Shown piece by piece: positions 52,606 through 64,000 of a stretch of 64,000 nt of DNA. The stretch lies in assembly GCF_009914755.1 (NCBI RefSeq), contig NC_060939.1. The stretch is one strand, 5' to 3'. The DNA comes from the human T2T-CHM13v2.0 reference genome, Homo sapiens. Every line of letters starts with the position of its first letter. Positions within the stretch are counted from its first letter, which is position 1. The notes under the pieces are model-generated. The model did not search any database. It worked only from the letters and a program-made list of their open reading frames with translations, and was not told the origin of the DNA. A program made the position numbers and the translations under genes.

Positions 52606-52830
52606 CAGTGGTCCTCAACCAGGACTGACTGTGGTGTGTAAGAGACATTTGACAATGTCTGGGAACATTTTGGGTTGTCACAACTTGGGGCAGGGGTGGA
52701 GGATGCTTCTGGTATCTGTTGGGTAGAGATCAGAGATGCTGCTGAAGATCCTACAATTCACAGGTCAGCCCCTCGCAATAAAGAATTACTTGGCTCATTG
52801 TATCAGTAGTGGTGTAGCTAATTAACCTTG
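52606..52830 (+). mobile_element. MER20
   Basis: cagtggtcctcaacc...gacatttgacaatgtctggg...ggttgtcacaact...gggtagagatcagagatgctgctgaagatcctacaattcacagg. Confidence 0.88.
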
Positions 52831-55369
52831 GCATAGGGAAAGACAATATGGACTAGTGCTTATAACAAGTCTGTTATCCAATGGTTTGGTGAGTAGATTT
52901 CAGGAAAAGAGACATGAAAAAAACCAACCCCTAAGAAAGCCAAGTACAGGCTAGAAGACAAAGGGATCATGGGAAGTGACAGAAATTCCAGCCCTTTAGT
53001 ATTTAACATTAAGAGTAAATATGAAAGGAGTGGGAAGAAGCACCATAAATTTCATTGGAATTCATTTAAACATTCGTGAATCTGAGAAAGGGGGAAGGAG
53101 ACTTCCATCTGTTAAGTGCATGTTCTCTGACAAGCTTTTGACATATCTCAGGTTAATTGTCATTAGAAAAGGCTTCAGGTGAGTAGTATTACTGACTGTT
53201 GAGAAATTTGGGTTCTTAAACATACAGCTGGTTAATGACAGAATCAGAACTCAATACAGAACTTTCTGAAGTGTTTCTAATTCACCATATTTTCTCCTTA
53301 GCTGGTTCTCTGTTTCAAGCCAATGGTGGAGGCAGAAACACAACAAAAAAACCCAAATCAAAAATAATAACAACAACAAATCTGGCCTCAGGAAAAATGC
53401 AAAATGGAAGGAAGCGAAGCCAAATATGAATGCTACGCATGTGTCTTGATTGCAATTTAATGTGATCCTAAACTAAGCAATGCCAGTTCTCTTGGCTCTG
53501 GCCCAAGACACACCTCAAAAACCTGGGTCATACTGTTTTTTCTTGCACAGAAATAGCTATATCACTATTCTTGGGGAAGGTATAATGAGGGATGGGAAAG
53601 GCTATATGAAGCAGTAGGTGGAGTGTGAGGCCCTGAGTTTTTATGTCTGCATAGAAGGAAAGCCACAGAGGATTTTAATGTCTAAATACCAAAGTTTCTT
53701 TGGAAGAATTATTTTCCAAACTCACTTTCCACAAAGAAAAGAAGCATCGGTGGCCAGAAACCATGGAATATAAACCAAGAGCTCAAAGCTAAGGTAGGAA
53801 AAGTTTAGATTAGCCAATAAGGGAGATGCTGTTTAGACAGAGCCATCGGGGAGTGAGCAGGGTCCCGTGGGAAAGGCTGAAGGACTCCCAGTGCCAAGTT
53901 TCTAGTGCATATTGGATAAAATAATTGCAAAGGACTCAAGTGGTCTTTTCTGGCCCCAGGAGATAATTGGTTAGCTGAGCAGAGCTGTCTCACCCATGGG
54001 CCAATGACAAATTATATCAATCCATTATTTTTTCAAGAAGGAGAAAAGAGGGTTTTTTCTTTTTTTTTTTCCTATTGCTCAAAATAAATTTTGTCTGTAA
54101 GGAGCATCAGACAAATAGACCCTAGAGGCCGAAGTTTTTTATTAACACACATATAGTGACTTAACTGAGCAAGAGTGGTGCAAAAGTCTCCTCTGTGAAT
54201 TGTTCCAGCACGCCACAAGACTTTCTGCAAGAGCCTTGTTCCTCTGCCCACTCTGCCCGCTGCCCAACACTGCCACTTGGTGTGAGATGAGAGTTCCTCA
54301 GTACTGCCAACCACTCAGCATCTAGCCCTCTCTGCTGAGCCTTCCAACAAGGGAGCTAATAAAAATGTGTAGGGCTCTGTGCTGTAGACATGTGCACAAT
54401 AGGAAGAGGGTTAGAAACATATCTCAGAGTGTACAAGATTACGAATTGTTTGGAATGATTTTTAGCTATTCTGAAGATGTGTGGACTTAACATAGCCCCT
54501 TGGGGTTGGTGGGACATGCTCGTTGATTTTCTCACTGTTCTCTGAAATGCTTATTTTCATGATGTTTCATGTGTAAAAAGTATTTTTTTCCAAAATAAAA
54601 TGCTAATTTTGCCCCAAATATACAGGATAGGCATTGACAGTCTTTCTACAACCAACTACAACACACTCAACCATTTACTACCCAGTTGCAATCCCCAAAA
54701 GTCAACTCGTACTATGAATAAGTCCTAATCAGTTTGTGACAGACCCAATAGAAGCAGGGAAAACCAAAACAGTCTACAACACTACAGTTAGAGCTCTGTA
54801 ACAGCACAAACTCCAGAAAATACTAATGGGGTCTATGCTGATTTCAGGGGCTCTTTCCCCAGAGACTTTTTCCTGCCAAGAATTGATCAGTGCTCAAGGC
54901 CCAGCATATTCATACTTTGGCCTCACTGTTTGGAGGCTTGCTGGGGATTGGAGACTGGAAGGAAGGAAGGGTGGGAGGCCTCCAGAACACAAAGACATAT
55001 TCCAGAAACTTGGAGCCAGCTCTTCCTCCAGGGACAATACATTGTCATGCATTTGGGATTCTATGATTCAGATGATGAGGACATAGACATACTATAGATC
55101 AATGGGGTCAAGATGGAAACTGGAATGATCTCCACCACTTCAGACTGACTCTGCCAGATCAATCTTAAGCAGATTGAGAGGGTGCAAAACTCTGATTAAG
55201 CAGAGGAAATATGACCTGGGAGAGAAAAATTAGGGAGAAATTACTTAAAAAGTGGCTGAGCAGAACTGAAACTCCCAAAAGAAGTATCAAACAGTTAATG
55301 CCATATGAAATATGTGTTCTGGGCCTGGAAATCTCAGGAGATGGACCTCATATTAGTTTCACATTCCAT

Positions 55370-55620
55370 GATGATGTGGTAGTTCAAGACAAGGACTTCG
55401 GAGGAACTGGCTGTGTCCAAATTCTGGTTCTAACACTGACTAGTTATGTGAACTTAAGCAAGCTTCTTAACCTCTCTGTGCCTTCCCTTCCTAATCTGTA
55501 AAATGGGAGAAATAATACTATCTCAGAGGGTTGTTATGAAGGTAAATTGAATTAATTTATGTATAAAAGCACTCATAAGAGTGCTGCTACTTATAAAGTA
55601 ATATAAAAGTTCTCATTATT
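55370..55620 (+). mobile_element. MIR
   Basis: gactagttatgtgaacttaagcaagcttcttaacctctctgtgcc...atctgtaaaatggga...agggttgttatgaagg. Confidence 0.88.
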
Positions 55621-56089
55621 ATTTTATATTAATTATATACATAATGCATATAATATATAATGATGCTTACTTGTACACTATATAAATATTATAATTAATA
55701 ACTATTTTATCTTTTACATCTATTATATTCTATTGTACTGTGTTATATACAATACGTGATATACCACGTATCATACGGTACATATATATTATTCTTTATT
55801 GGTGACTACATCTGCATTGCAGAACTGAATCTAATTTATATTTTATATCTACCTTTTTTTCCTTAAAACTTGTAACTGCTTTCTAGATTTCCTGAGGAAC
55901 ATTCCAAATAATCTGGCTCAAAACTAGCTCTAACATATACTAATTGTGGAACTGTGACAAACCTCCCTAAGTCCAAGTTAGTTGATCTTGAACATAGGGG
56001 TGGGTAAAGATCTAAATAAGATAGAACAGAGCTGCTCAGCCAATGTGCCATGCATTCGTTACAAGCAAGCCAAATAGTGAGCACTTTAG

Positions 56090-56300
56090 CCTTGCAAATA
56101 GACAGCCAGGGTCTGGGTTAATTGGGGCTCTTACCTGGTCATCTCTGACCATAACTGTCCATTTACTGTGACCTACAAATATTATTTTTGTGGGTTCATA
56201 ATAACCTGTTGGAGAGAACTGTAAGAGACATCACGTTGGAAGCATTGAGCACCAAATGTGGAACATAGTAGGAGCACCAAAAATATTTGCTTTTGTGGTT
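56090..56300 (+). mobile_element. MIR
   Basis: cctgttggagagaactgtaagagacatcacgttggaagcattgagcacc...ggaacatagtaggagcaccaaaaatattt. Confidence 0.55.
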
Positions 56301-56513
56301 GCTGATGACAACAGTGGTAGCGCAAGGAAGACGAGACAGAAAAGAACTTTTTTTTTTTGCTGTCATTGTTCTGTTTCTTAGCAAAAGTGGAATTGGAACC
56401 TGTTTTAATATTACTACTTTAAGTAGAGAGGCCATGCAGCCTATAGGTATGGTCTGTGTACCTTGGAAGTCCTGGGTGTTGTGGAAAGTGTGTTGACCTT
56501 GGAGCCATGAAAA

Positions 56514-56580
56514 GTAGGGTGACCAGCTGGCCCAGTTTCCTAAGAATGAGGTGGTTTCTAGGTAATGGGAGTTTTTGTAC
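56514..56580. mobile_element. MER81-like (hAT-Blackjack) fragment
   Basis: tagggtgaccagctggcccagtttcctaagaatgaggtggtttctagg. Confidence 0.5.
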
Positions 56581-56779
56581 TTGGAAGTGAATCCTCACTC
56601 TGAATATATGACTTGGCCTCTCTGAATTATATTTTCCTATTGTCAAATAGGGAAAACAAATCCTGACTTGTAGCACTTTTGTTATCAAATAAAAAATTGT
56701 ACCTACAGTATGTGAGAGATAATTGAAGTAAAACAAGTGTTATAGCTGCTATGTTCCACCCATTCCACCCTCTAGTTAG

Positions 56780-56930
56780 AGGCATCAGAGTGTGAATATA
56801 AGCTTCACACTTGGTAGTTGCATAAACATGGGCAAGCTGTGGAACATTTCAGAGCTTCTATTTTATCATCTGTAAAGTAAGACTCATAATACCAACCTTG
56901 ATGAGTTAGAGGAGGATTAAATTAAAAGAG
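56780..56930 (+). mobile_element. MIR
   Basis: catgggcaagctgtggaacatttcagagcttctattttatcatctgtaaagt...gaggattaaatt. Confidence 0.65.
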
Positions 56931-57421
56931 AAAATTACTCCATAGGAGCAATTATTAGATGTGATTTCCCTCCTGTTTCTCCCTTTATTTTTTCTTCTAA
57001 TAAATTTTCAATCCATAAATCTTATACAGAATGACCTTTCTGAGAAATAAAGCTTTTAAACTGTGGTTGACCCCTGGTATTCTCCATGCGTCTCAGTTGA
57101 GAGAATTTTAGAAGTGGTGCTTCTCCATGCTACCCGTGCCTTTCCTGTAGAGAAGATGGTGTTCTCTATGTTGCATTTGCACAAACTTCAGAAAACAGCT
57201 TTCAGAAACACCTGAGGAGCTGACCAAGATTTCACTAGCATGTCATTGAGTTGACATAGCAAATAAGTTCTTGTATCCACATCTCATTAGTTTTCCCTCA
57301 TCTTTCATAATGTCCCATAGAAACTGAATGAGAGATATAAAAATGGCTATAAACCTCTTCCACATCTGCTAAGATGAAAAACTGATTTTTACTCAGTTTT
57401 ATAAATTTTCTCTCCTCTTTA

Positions 57422-57627
57422 TCTTTCCTTCCTCCCCTTTCCTTCCTTCCTCCCCTTTCCTTCCTTCCTTCTTTCCTTCCTTCCCTTTCTTTCCTCCTTC
57501 CTTTTCTTTCCTTCCTTCCCTTTCTTTCCTCCTTCCTTTTCTTTCCTTCCTTTTTCCTTCCTCCTTCCTTCCTTCTTCCCTTTTCTTTCTTTCCTCCCTC
57601 CCTTCTTTCCTTCCTTCTCTCCTTTCC
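57422..57627 (+). repeat. 206-bp pure polypyrimidine (TTCC/TTTC-rich) tract
   Basis: No purine on the + strand from 57422 to 57627; contains a perfect 35-bp tandem duplication at 57471-57540. Confidence 0.95.
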
Positions 57628-59649
57628 ATTATTTCTTTAGTTCCTTCCATTCTCATCTGGATCATGGTTTCTTTAACTGCTTGCTATTCTTCTTGACTTC
57701 AATTTTAGTTGTCTCTCTGCTTTCCTTATCATTGGCAATTATGGATGGATTTTCTCTTTTTTTCTGAATAATTTATTCAATTACATACTCAATAACTATT
57801 TGTTAGCACTCCTGATAGATAATGTGTGAGATACTGATGAATGGAAAAAGGCATAACCCTATGGTTTCTTTCGTAAAGTACTATTCTTTAGCAAAACAAT
57901 TTTTATGAATATCTAAAAAAAGGAGAGGCTTGCTATGTACATTGTTTCATTCAATTTCCAACAATGTAAGGATTAGAAAAATATAACAGACTTGCCTAAA
58001 GTCACCGGCTAGACAGTGACAGATTCATAATTCAATCCAAGATCTGTTTCACTGAGGCACAGTGATTCATTCTAATTTGAATGTGCAGTGAAATAATTTC
58101 TGTAGCTCTTGTCGTTTTTCTACTTTTATAACTGGTTACTTAAAAGCTTTTACTACCAAAGTCTTCCCCAGACAAATATGAGGTTAGGAAAGTCTTACTT
58201 TGATGACTCCTTCTACCCTCAAAAGCCCCTGTCCTTAAAAGTTAACATCTCAAAAAGCCATTTCCACTCCTCTCACATATATATATGCTGAGCTATTCCA
58301 TAACCAGGATTCTTTTTATCCTATCAAACTGTGTCTGGTATTTGTCCCATTCCTTTATATCTGTGTCCTTTGAAACACACGATTTGCTATACTAGCCCTG
58401 TATCCTAACTTGTGAGCAGCCATTAGTGTTAGTACTACTTCATTGGCTGGAACATTCTGGTGGCATTGCCTTAATTCAGGAAGGTAGTGGTTGAGAAATG
58501 CAGGCAGTCCTTGGAATTAAGGGAAGAATGTGTCAAGTTGGGGAACTTCCAATCATATTGGGTCATTTTCTAGAGATATGTAGCTCTATTTGACTTAAAT
58601 GAACAACATTTAAGAACCCATTCATCTATATTATTTTGGTAGATCACACGTTTTCAATGTAAGGTTGAAATTCAGGCCATCCAGGAAAGATTGAAAAATT
58701 TCTGAGGAGATAAGCAGCTCTGGACCTGGCTTTGGGCTTTCTTGATGTGAGTTTTATATGTCGTTTGGCCAATAAAAGCTCTGCTGGATCATTAGCTTTT
58801 TAATAGGATAAATAATTACCTCTAACACAAAATATTTGGAATGGAAACATTTGGTTCCAGATTTTTAAAAAAATCTCATTAAAACATCACATTAATTCAG
58901 CCCTGGGTTCACTACAACTTAAAGTGAGAGATTTGGCAGCCTTGGTCAGTATGCCTCAAATAAGTTCAAACTTGGGAAGGTTTTGTAAAAACAAACAGCA
59001 ACAATAAAAACCACATCAGTCTTCCTTTCCTCGGGACTAAGTAGATTCTTAGTTCTGCTGCAATGTGAGAGAGAGGGAAAGACAAGAACACAGTCCCTGG
59101 AATATAACCTTCTTGGGGGTTTGGCTCAAAGCTATTCCTTTTGAGTGAGTAGAGGTTTTCTGATCTGTCATTTAGCTACAACGTGACCAAATATTTTCTT
59201 GCCTGTCTGCAACACCCAGTCTATAGGGAGAATGACCCTTTCACCTTCTAGGTCCAAAGACATGAAATTGCCCATCACTCTCTCTTCCTCTGCTCCTTGG
59301 CATGCAGTTTTCTTCTTGCCATTTTTCTCTAAACCCTATTAATCAGCACCTCTGAAAGGCCCCATTACTGAGAATATTTAAAGTATGACAGGATAATACA
59401 CTAGGAAATATACTGTGGGGAATATTATAGTCCTGGCAGGACTAAATGACCTAAAGTTGTCTCAGTCTCCAGTGTTTCTTTGATTAATTAACCCCATTTC
59501 TCAGAATTCTTGAGTTCAGAGTTCTCTCTGTACTGAAGCTTGTGTGTGGCCAGTGCAGAGGAAAATTTTTTTTCCATCTCTGGTGTGCTTTCTTTGCCTT
59601 AGGTTTGTCCTTACTCTTAAATTTCAGCTTTTGTCTCTAAAACATCCAT

Positions 59650-60270
59650 AAGCTCAACAAGGATGACTGCATTTCTGGTATTGACTAGACACAGTTCGTG
59701 GTACTGGTGAGAACAAAATGGAGCAAGATTCAGGCCACACCTCAAGCAGCTCTAAGCTCTGGAGGGGAAATTGTTCACTAGGAGGCCTTATGGACACACA
59801 GAGGAGGAAGTGCTTCACTTTGCCAACAGTCCCAGAGGAAGCAACACATGAGCAAAGTCTCAAGAGATTGGTTATTGTTTGCGAAGCAGATGGATCAAGG
59901 AAGGTTATTAGAGAAAGAGAGAAGATGATGTACAAATATGTGGATCATTCTTGCCCCATTTATTGGAGCTAAAGGTATTCAGTGTATCTAGAGTGTGAGA
60001 GTCAAGTGAAGTGGTAGAAAAGAATGAACATCAAGACCAGCTAAATAAAGAAATGTCATTTACAATAGGCCAAGGAACTCAGTCTTCTTCCTATTGGTAG
60101 TGGTGAACCATCAGAAATGTTTTAGCAGAGCTGAGTTTTTGAAATATCACTCTGGTAAAATAAAAGGATAGAACTCAGAGGAGGATGAAAGATGGGAGAA
60201 CAGTCAGAAGGCTACTGGAAAAGTTCAGATATGAGATAACTGGAGTAGTAAGATCTGGGTCTATGGATGT
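59650..60270 (-). mobile_element. L2 relic
   Basis: gagaacaaaatggagcaagattcaggccacacctcaagcagctc...aggccaaggaactcagtctt...ttgaaatatcactctgg...gaaggctactggaaaagttcagatatgaga. Confidence 0.65.
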
Positions 60271-60709
60271 GACCGTGGTTCTTTTTGGAGATACAGCTCT
60301 CTTTCCTGGCCTTATAACTTGCTCTTTTAATTAAAAGTAAAAACAATTCTCTAAGATGGACAAATATATTCCCAATGTTCCAACAGGCTTTCTTTTCTCT
60401 TCCTGGCCCTGTGTAAAGAGCTCTCCCAACTCCCCTCTGTTTTATTTCATTGCAGTTGAATATTTAAGACTGTGATACTTCTATCAATCAGCAATCATGG
60501 AATAATCTTAGTTTCCTAGGATTTTAGAGGGCTCAGTCCCAAACAGTTTGGAACTCAAACAGTCCCAAGATGTTTGAAATACCACTATAAATACAAAAAG
60601 AAAGTTACAGTTTGATATAAGATGTGACAAGTGTTATGAGTGAGTCTTCTTAAACTGACACAGTAACACCTGTCAATAAATTTGGAAGGAGTTATAAAAA
60701 AACACACAA

Positions 60710-60900
60710 GTCAACTTTTGGGTTTAGAACCCACTTCATATCTACCAGGTACATTAATTCATTTTAACTGGCTACAGCCATTTTCAAAGTGCATTCTAAG
60801 GCTCAGTTTCTTCAACTCTGAAAAGCATAGAAAAATGCCTATCTCACTCACTTTTCAGATCAATCAACATATAAGAACGCACTTTGTAAACTTTAAAATA
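60710..60900 (+). mobile_element. MIR/MIR3 relic
   Basis: ctaaggctcagtttcttcaactctgaaaag...gcactttgtaaactttaaa. Confidence 0.55.
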
Positions 60901-62916
60901 CTGTCAGATTAAATGGTTTGGGTTGTAATGTGTAAGAGTAAGTAACTGATTAGTGACAGAGCCAAGACAAAAGGTCTCCTGATACCCATCCTAGCCTAGT
61001 ATGACAATGTGTGCGCTTACTTTTTATTTTTCATATTTTCCTGTATACACTTTACTTAGTTTCAAAAAGAATTAAGCCTGAATACCTTCTTTTCCTGTAG
61101 CAAACTAAGTCATGTGTATGGGTGTGTATAAAACATTATACTGTCTCCCTAATTCTGACACCCCAATATGGTGTTTAGAATGATTCAGTCAAGCTATGGA
61201 CTACAATTTACTTTAGAAGAATTTACAAAGAATACAAAAGGGGTTGAACAACTTGCTTCCTTAAAATGACTAATAGAATTCTCAACTTTGCTTTGGTATT
61301 AAAATCACCTATGGAGTTCTTAAATTAAAATGAAACAAAACAGAAAAACAGTTTTGATGCTCGAGCTCCACCACAAGCCTCTTGAATCAGGATATCCTGT
61401 ATTTCCCTTAATGATTGAACCCCAAGACATGAAATTAGCTAAATGGACAGTGGTGATCCTGGTACGTGCTTAAGTGGATAGTTGGCCCCCACAACCTCTG
61501 ACATGTAAGTTCATAGAGCACAGTAGATCTGCAATGCACACAGATCCCCCTGCCTTGCCTCCCACCGCACAGCCATGCCTCCATGCACTGCTGGAAATGC
61601 ACAGCATGCAGACCCATTTGGACTCACAATCACCACCCATGTTATATTGCACTATGCTAGATAAAAACATGAATGAACACAATTGCTGCTTACAAGGCAT
61701 TCTAAAGGTATGCGTGGCAGGTAAAGAAGTAAACCTAATGTGAGTATAATATTTGCAGTTATATATATATGCCAAAGTCCATGTTAAAGGAGAGATTTTT
61801 TTTTTTCACTGGAAGGGAGCAGGAAAGAAAAGGCTTTACAGGTGAGGAAATTTCTGGGCAGAATTTAAAGAATGAGTGAGAATTGTCCAAGAGGAAGAAA
61901 GTGGGTCAAGCCAGTGGAAATGGAGAGCAGGTAGCTGTTGGGAGATGAAAGAAGGAAGGAAGATATTCTGGGAAGATGAGGGAGTGCGTACAAGGAGTCA
62001 TGAAACAGCCTCGAACACATGGGACCTTCAGGCTGATGGGAGTAATGATGGGTCACACCTTTGAGGGTTGGGGGGGGCCTCAGGGGATGTGGAGGGAGAG
62101 GTTAGTAGGGGTCAGTCCAAAGGGCCTTGAGTGCAATGCTATGGAGCTCCGCTGTGCTATTCCCAGTACACAGCATGTCTCTCCATTCTCGTTTTCCCAA
62201 TGATTTTTCAAAAATACACATCTAATCTCAAGTAAAGAAATATTCTTAATAACATTTCTGAGCCAGAAGGGACCTTCTGACAAAAAGTGCCTCTATCACA
62301 TTCTCTTCTGCCTTCCTTTTATAAGAAGAGTCATATATGATTTCTGGAGCATTCTTTTCCTGTCTTCCAAAGCAGAAAACTCTGTCCTTTCTTTGCTGTC
62401 TTCCAAAGAGGATAGCACTGAAAGCTGTCATCCTAAGGCCCTTTGGCCCTTCATCTCTCTCAGGCCAACAGACAGATCCTCTGGAGTCCTCACCTGGCTC
62501 TCATTTCTCGTGGGTGGCAGCATTATTGTTCTAAGACCTGTTAACATTGAAACAAGCTCAGAGTCAGTTATAGAACAGGGAATAACAATCCAGAGAGAGG
62601 GTTTGTAACAAACAGTCAGAGGATTCAGGGCTATTCAAACTACATAGCATTCAAGAATGAGCTCCAGTTTTGGAGATAACTAATAATCTTACTAGAGATA
62701 TGAACATCATCAGTGCAAATCCCATGAACTTTGCACCTGCTGTAAGAGCTAGGGAGAAACATTACTTCTTTTTCCACATAGAATTGACCCTGAACCCTGA
62801 CTAGAAGTGAGTAGATACCAGGTTTAGGACTGTGAAACTGAGTCTAGATCCCTGTCTCATCTGCCAACTGCTCTGGTCTGCCTTGGCTCATGGCCTGGGA
62901 AGCCGGATGCTTTAGA

Positions 62917-63264
62917 CCGGGGTTCCCAACCCCTACGCTGTGGACTGGTACCAGTCTGGTCCATGGCCTATTAGGAAGCAGGCCCCAGAGCAGGAGATGA
63001 GCTGCAAGTGAGCGAGCATTACCGCCTGAGCTCTGCCTCTTGTCAAATCAGCGGCAGCACTGGAGTCTTGTAGGAGCACGAGACCTGTTGTGAATTGTGC
63101 ATATGAAGGATCTAGGTTGAGCACTCCTTATGATAATCTAACTAATGCCTGATGATCTGAGGTGGAACAATTTCATCCCAAAGCCATTCCCTCCACTCTA
63201 CCATCTGTGGAAACATCATCTTCCATGAAACCAGTCCCTGGTGCCAAAAAGGTTGGGGACTGCT
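62917..63264 (+). mobile_element. MER1B (hAT-Charlie), full length
   Basis: Terminal inverted repeats ccggggttcccaacc ... ggttggggactgct; body gagcattaccgcctgagctctgcc...gaaaccagtccctggtgccaaaaaggttgggg; flanked on both sides by ctttaga (hAT-type TSD). Confidence 0.93.
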
Positions 63265-63479
63265 CTTTAGATGGATGGGTAGGAATTCGGTGGCCAGGCA
63301 GAGACTGAACCTACATAGGATGGTCACAATGAACCTCGACTATTAATGTGTTACAGATTTACATAAAAGCTTGCCCACAGAAGCATCTAGGTCACAGAAA
63401 CACATTCTCTGGATCTCAAAAGGGATAGTCTCCATATTCCAGCAGGTAGAGAGGAGTGGAAGAGAATAAAGTGTTACTT

Positions 63480-63830
63480 AGAGTAAGAGTTGGGACTCTG
63501 AAGTCTGCATTATCTGGTTCAAATGATTCTATTATCATGGTTAATGCTCTGGAGCTGCCATATCAGGCCAACATCCAGGGAAAGGTCTAGGTTTATTTTA
63601 GTCCTCGAGGTAGCCCAACACTCACCAAAGAAAACAGTCAATTTTTGATTTCTTAAACAAGTTAATTCTTTGGGACTTTTATTGCCTTTGCCTCATTTTC
63701 CTCCTCTGTAAAGTAGAGGTTAAAAATACCTACTATGTTCTTGTGGAAATTGCCTGACGAAATGCATTAAAGTTTCTAACAGAGTTCCTGCCTTCTTAGT
63801 AGAAATGTACGAATAAATGTTGGTTTACTT
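63480..63830 (+). mobile_element. MIR, split by ~100 bp of intervening sequence
   Basis: gggactctgaagtctg...ggttcaaat ... gcctcattttcctcctctgtaaagtagagg...aataaatgttgg. Confidence 0.65.
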
Positions 63831-64000
63831 CTCTCCTTTAGTTTCTTGTGTCCCTGTGTAATTTACATGGAGTAGTCAGATAACTGTTTTGTTTTTTTTT
63901 AATATGGCAGTTGACCACCAATGTAAATCTGAGGAAAGAATTATGGGAAAGCATAATATAATATTTTGTGTACCTGTAAATAAGTGACATTTATTTGTGA

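Noticed and set aside
57399-57665. K/E/R/G-rich 88-aa ORF
   Set aside because: Translation of the purine strand of the simple repeat.

Overview
Primate (human-like) non-coding DNA: AT-rich, CpG-depleted, with no CpG island. I find no supportable protein-coding gene, RNA gene or CRISPR array. The ORFs in the track are either L1 ORF2 remnants (185-490, 10588-10881, 42819-43076), Alu/LTR/simple-repeat read-throughs, or chance ORFs. The window is an archive of mammalian and primate transposons: 7 dimeric Alus plus one free left monomer, several L1s (three with 5' inversions typical of twin priming, two very short young L1PA copies, older L1MA/MB/ME pieces), many L2 and MIR relics, LTRs (solo MER11 and THE1D-like, LTR40-like, MLT1 types) and hAT DNA transposon relics (MER1B, two MER20, MER58A, MER5, MER81). 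It also holds microsatellites, a 206-bp pure pyrimidine tract and an old ~240-bp local duplication. A few repeat-free, motif-dense blocks are candidate enhancers. I do not see convincing evidence for a new biological system. The most interesting signals are insertion-mechanism footprints, the local duplication and the candidate regulatory blocks. Repeat names come from recognition by eye and need RepeatMasker/Dfam confirmation; boundaries of old repeats are approximate.
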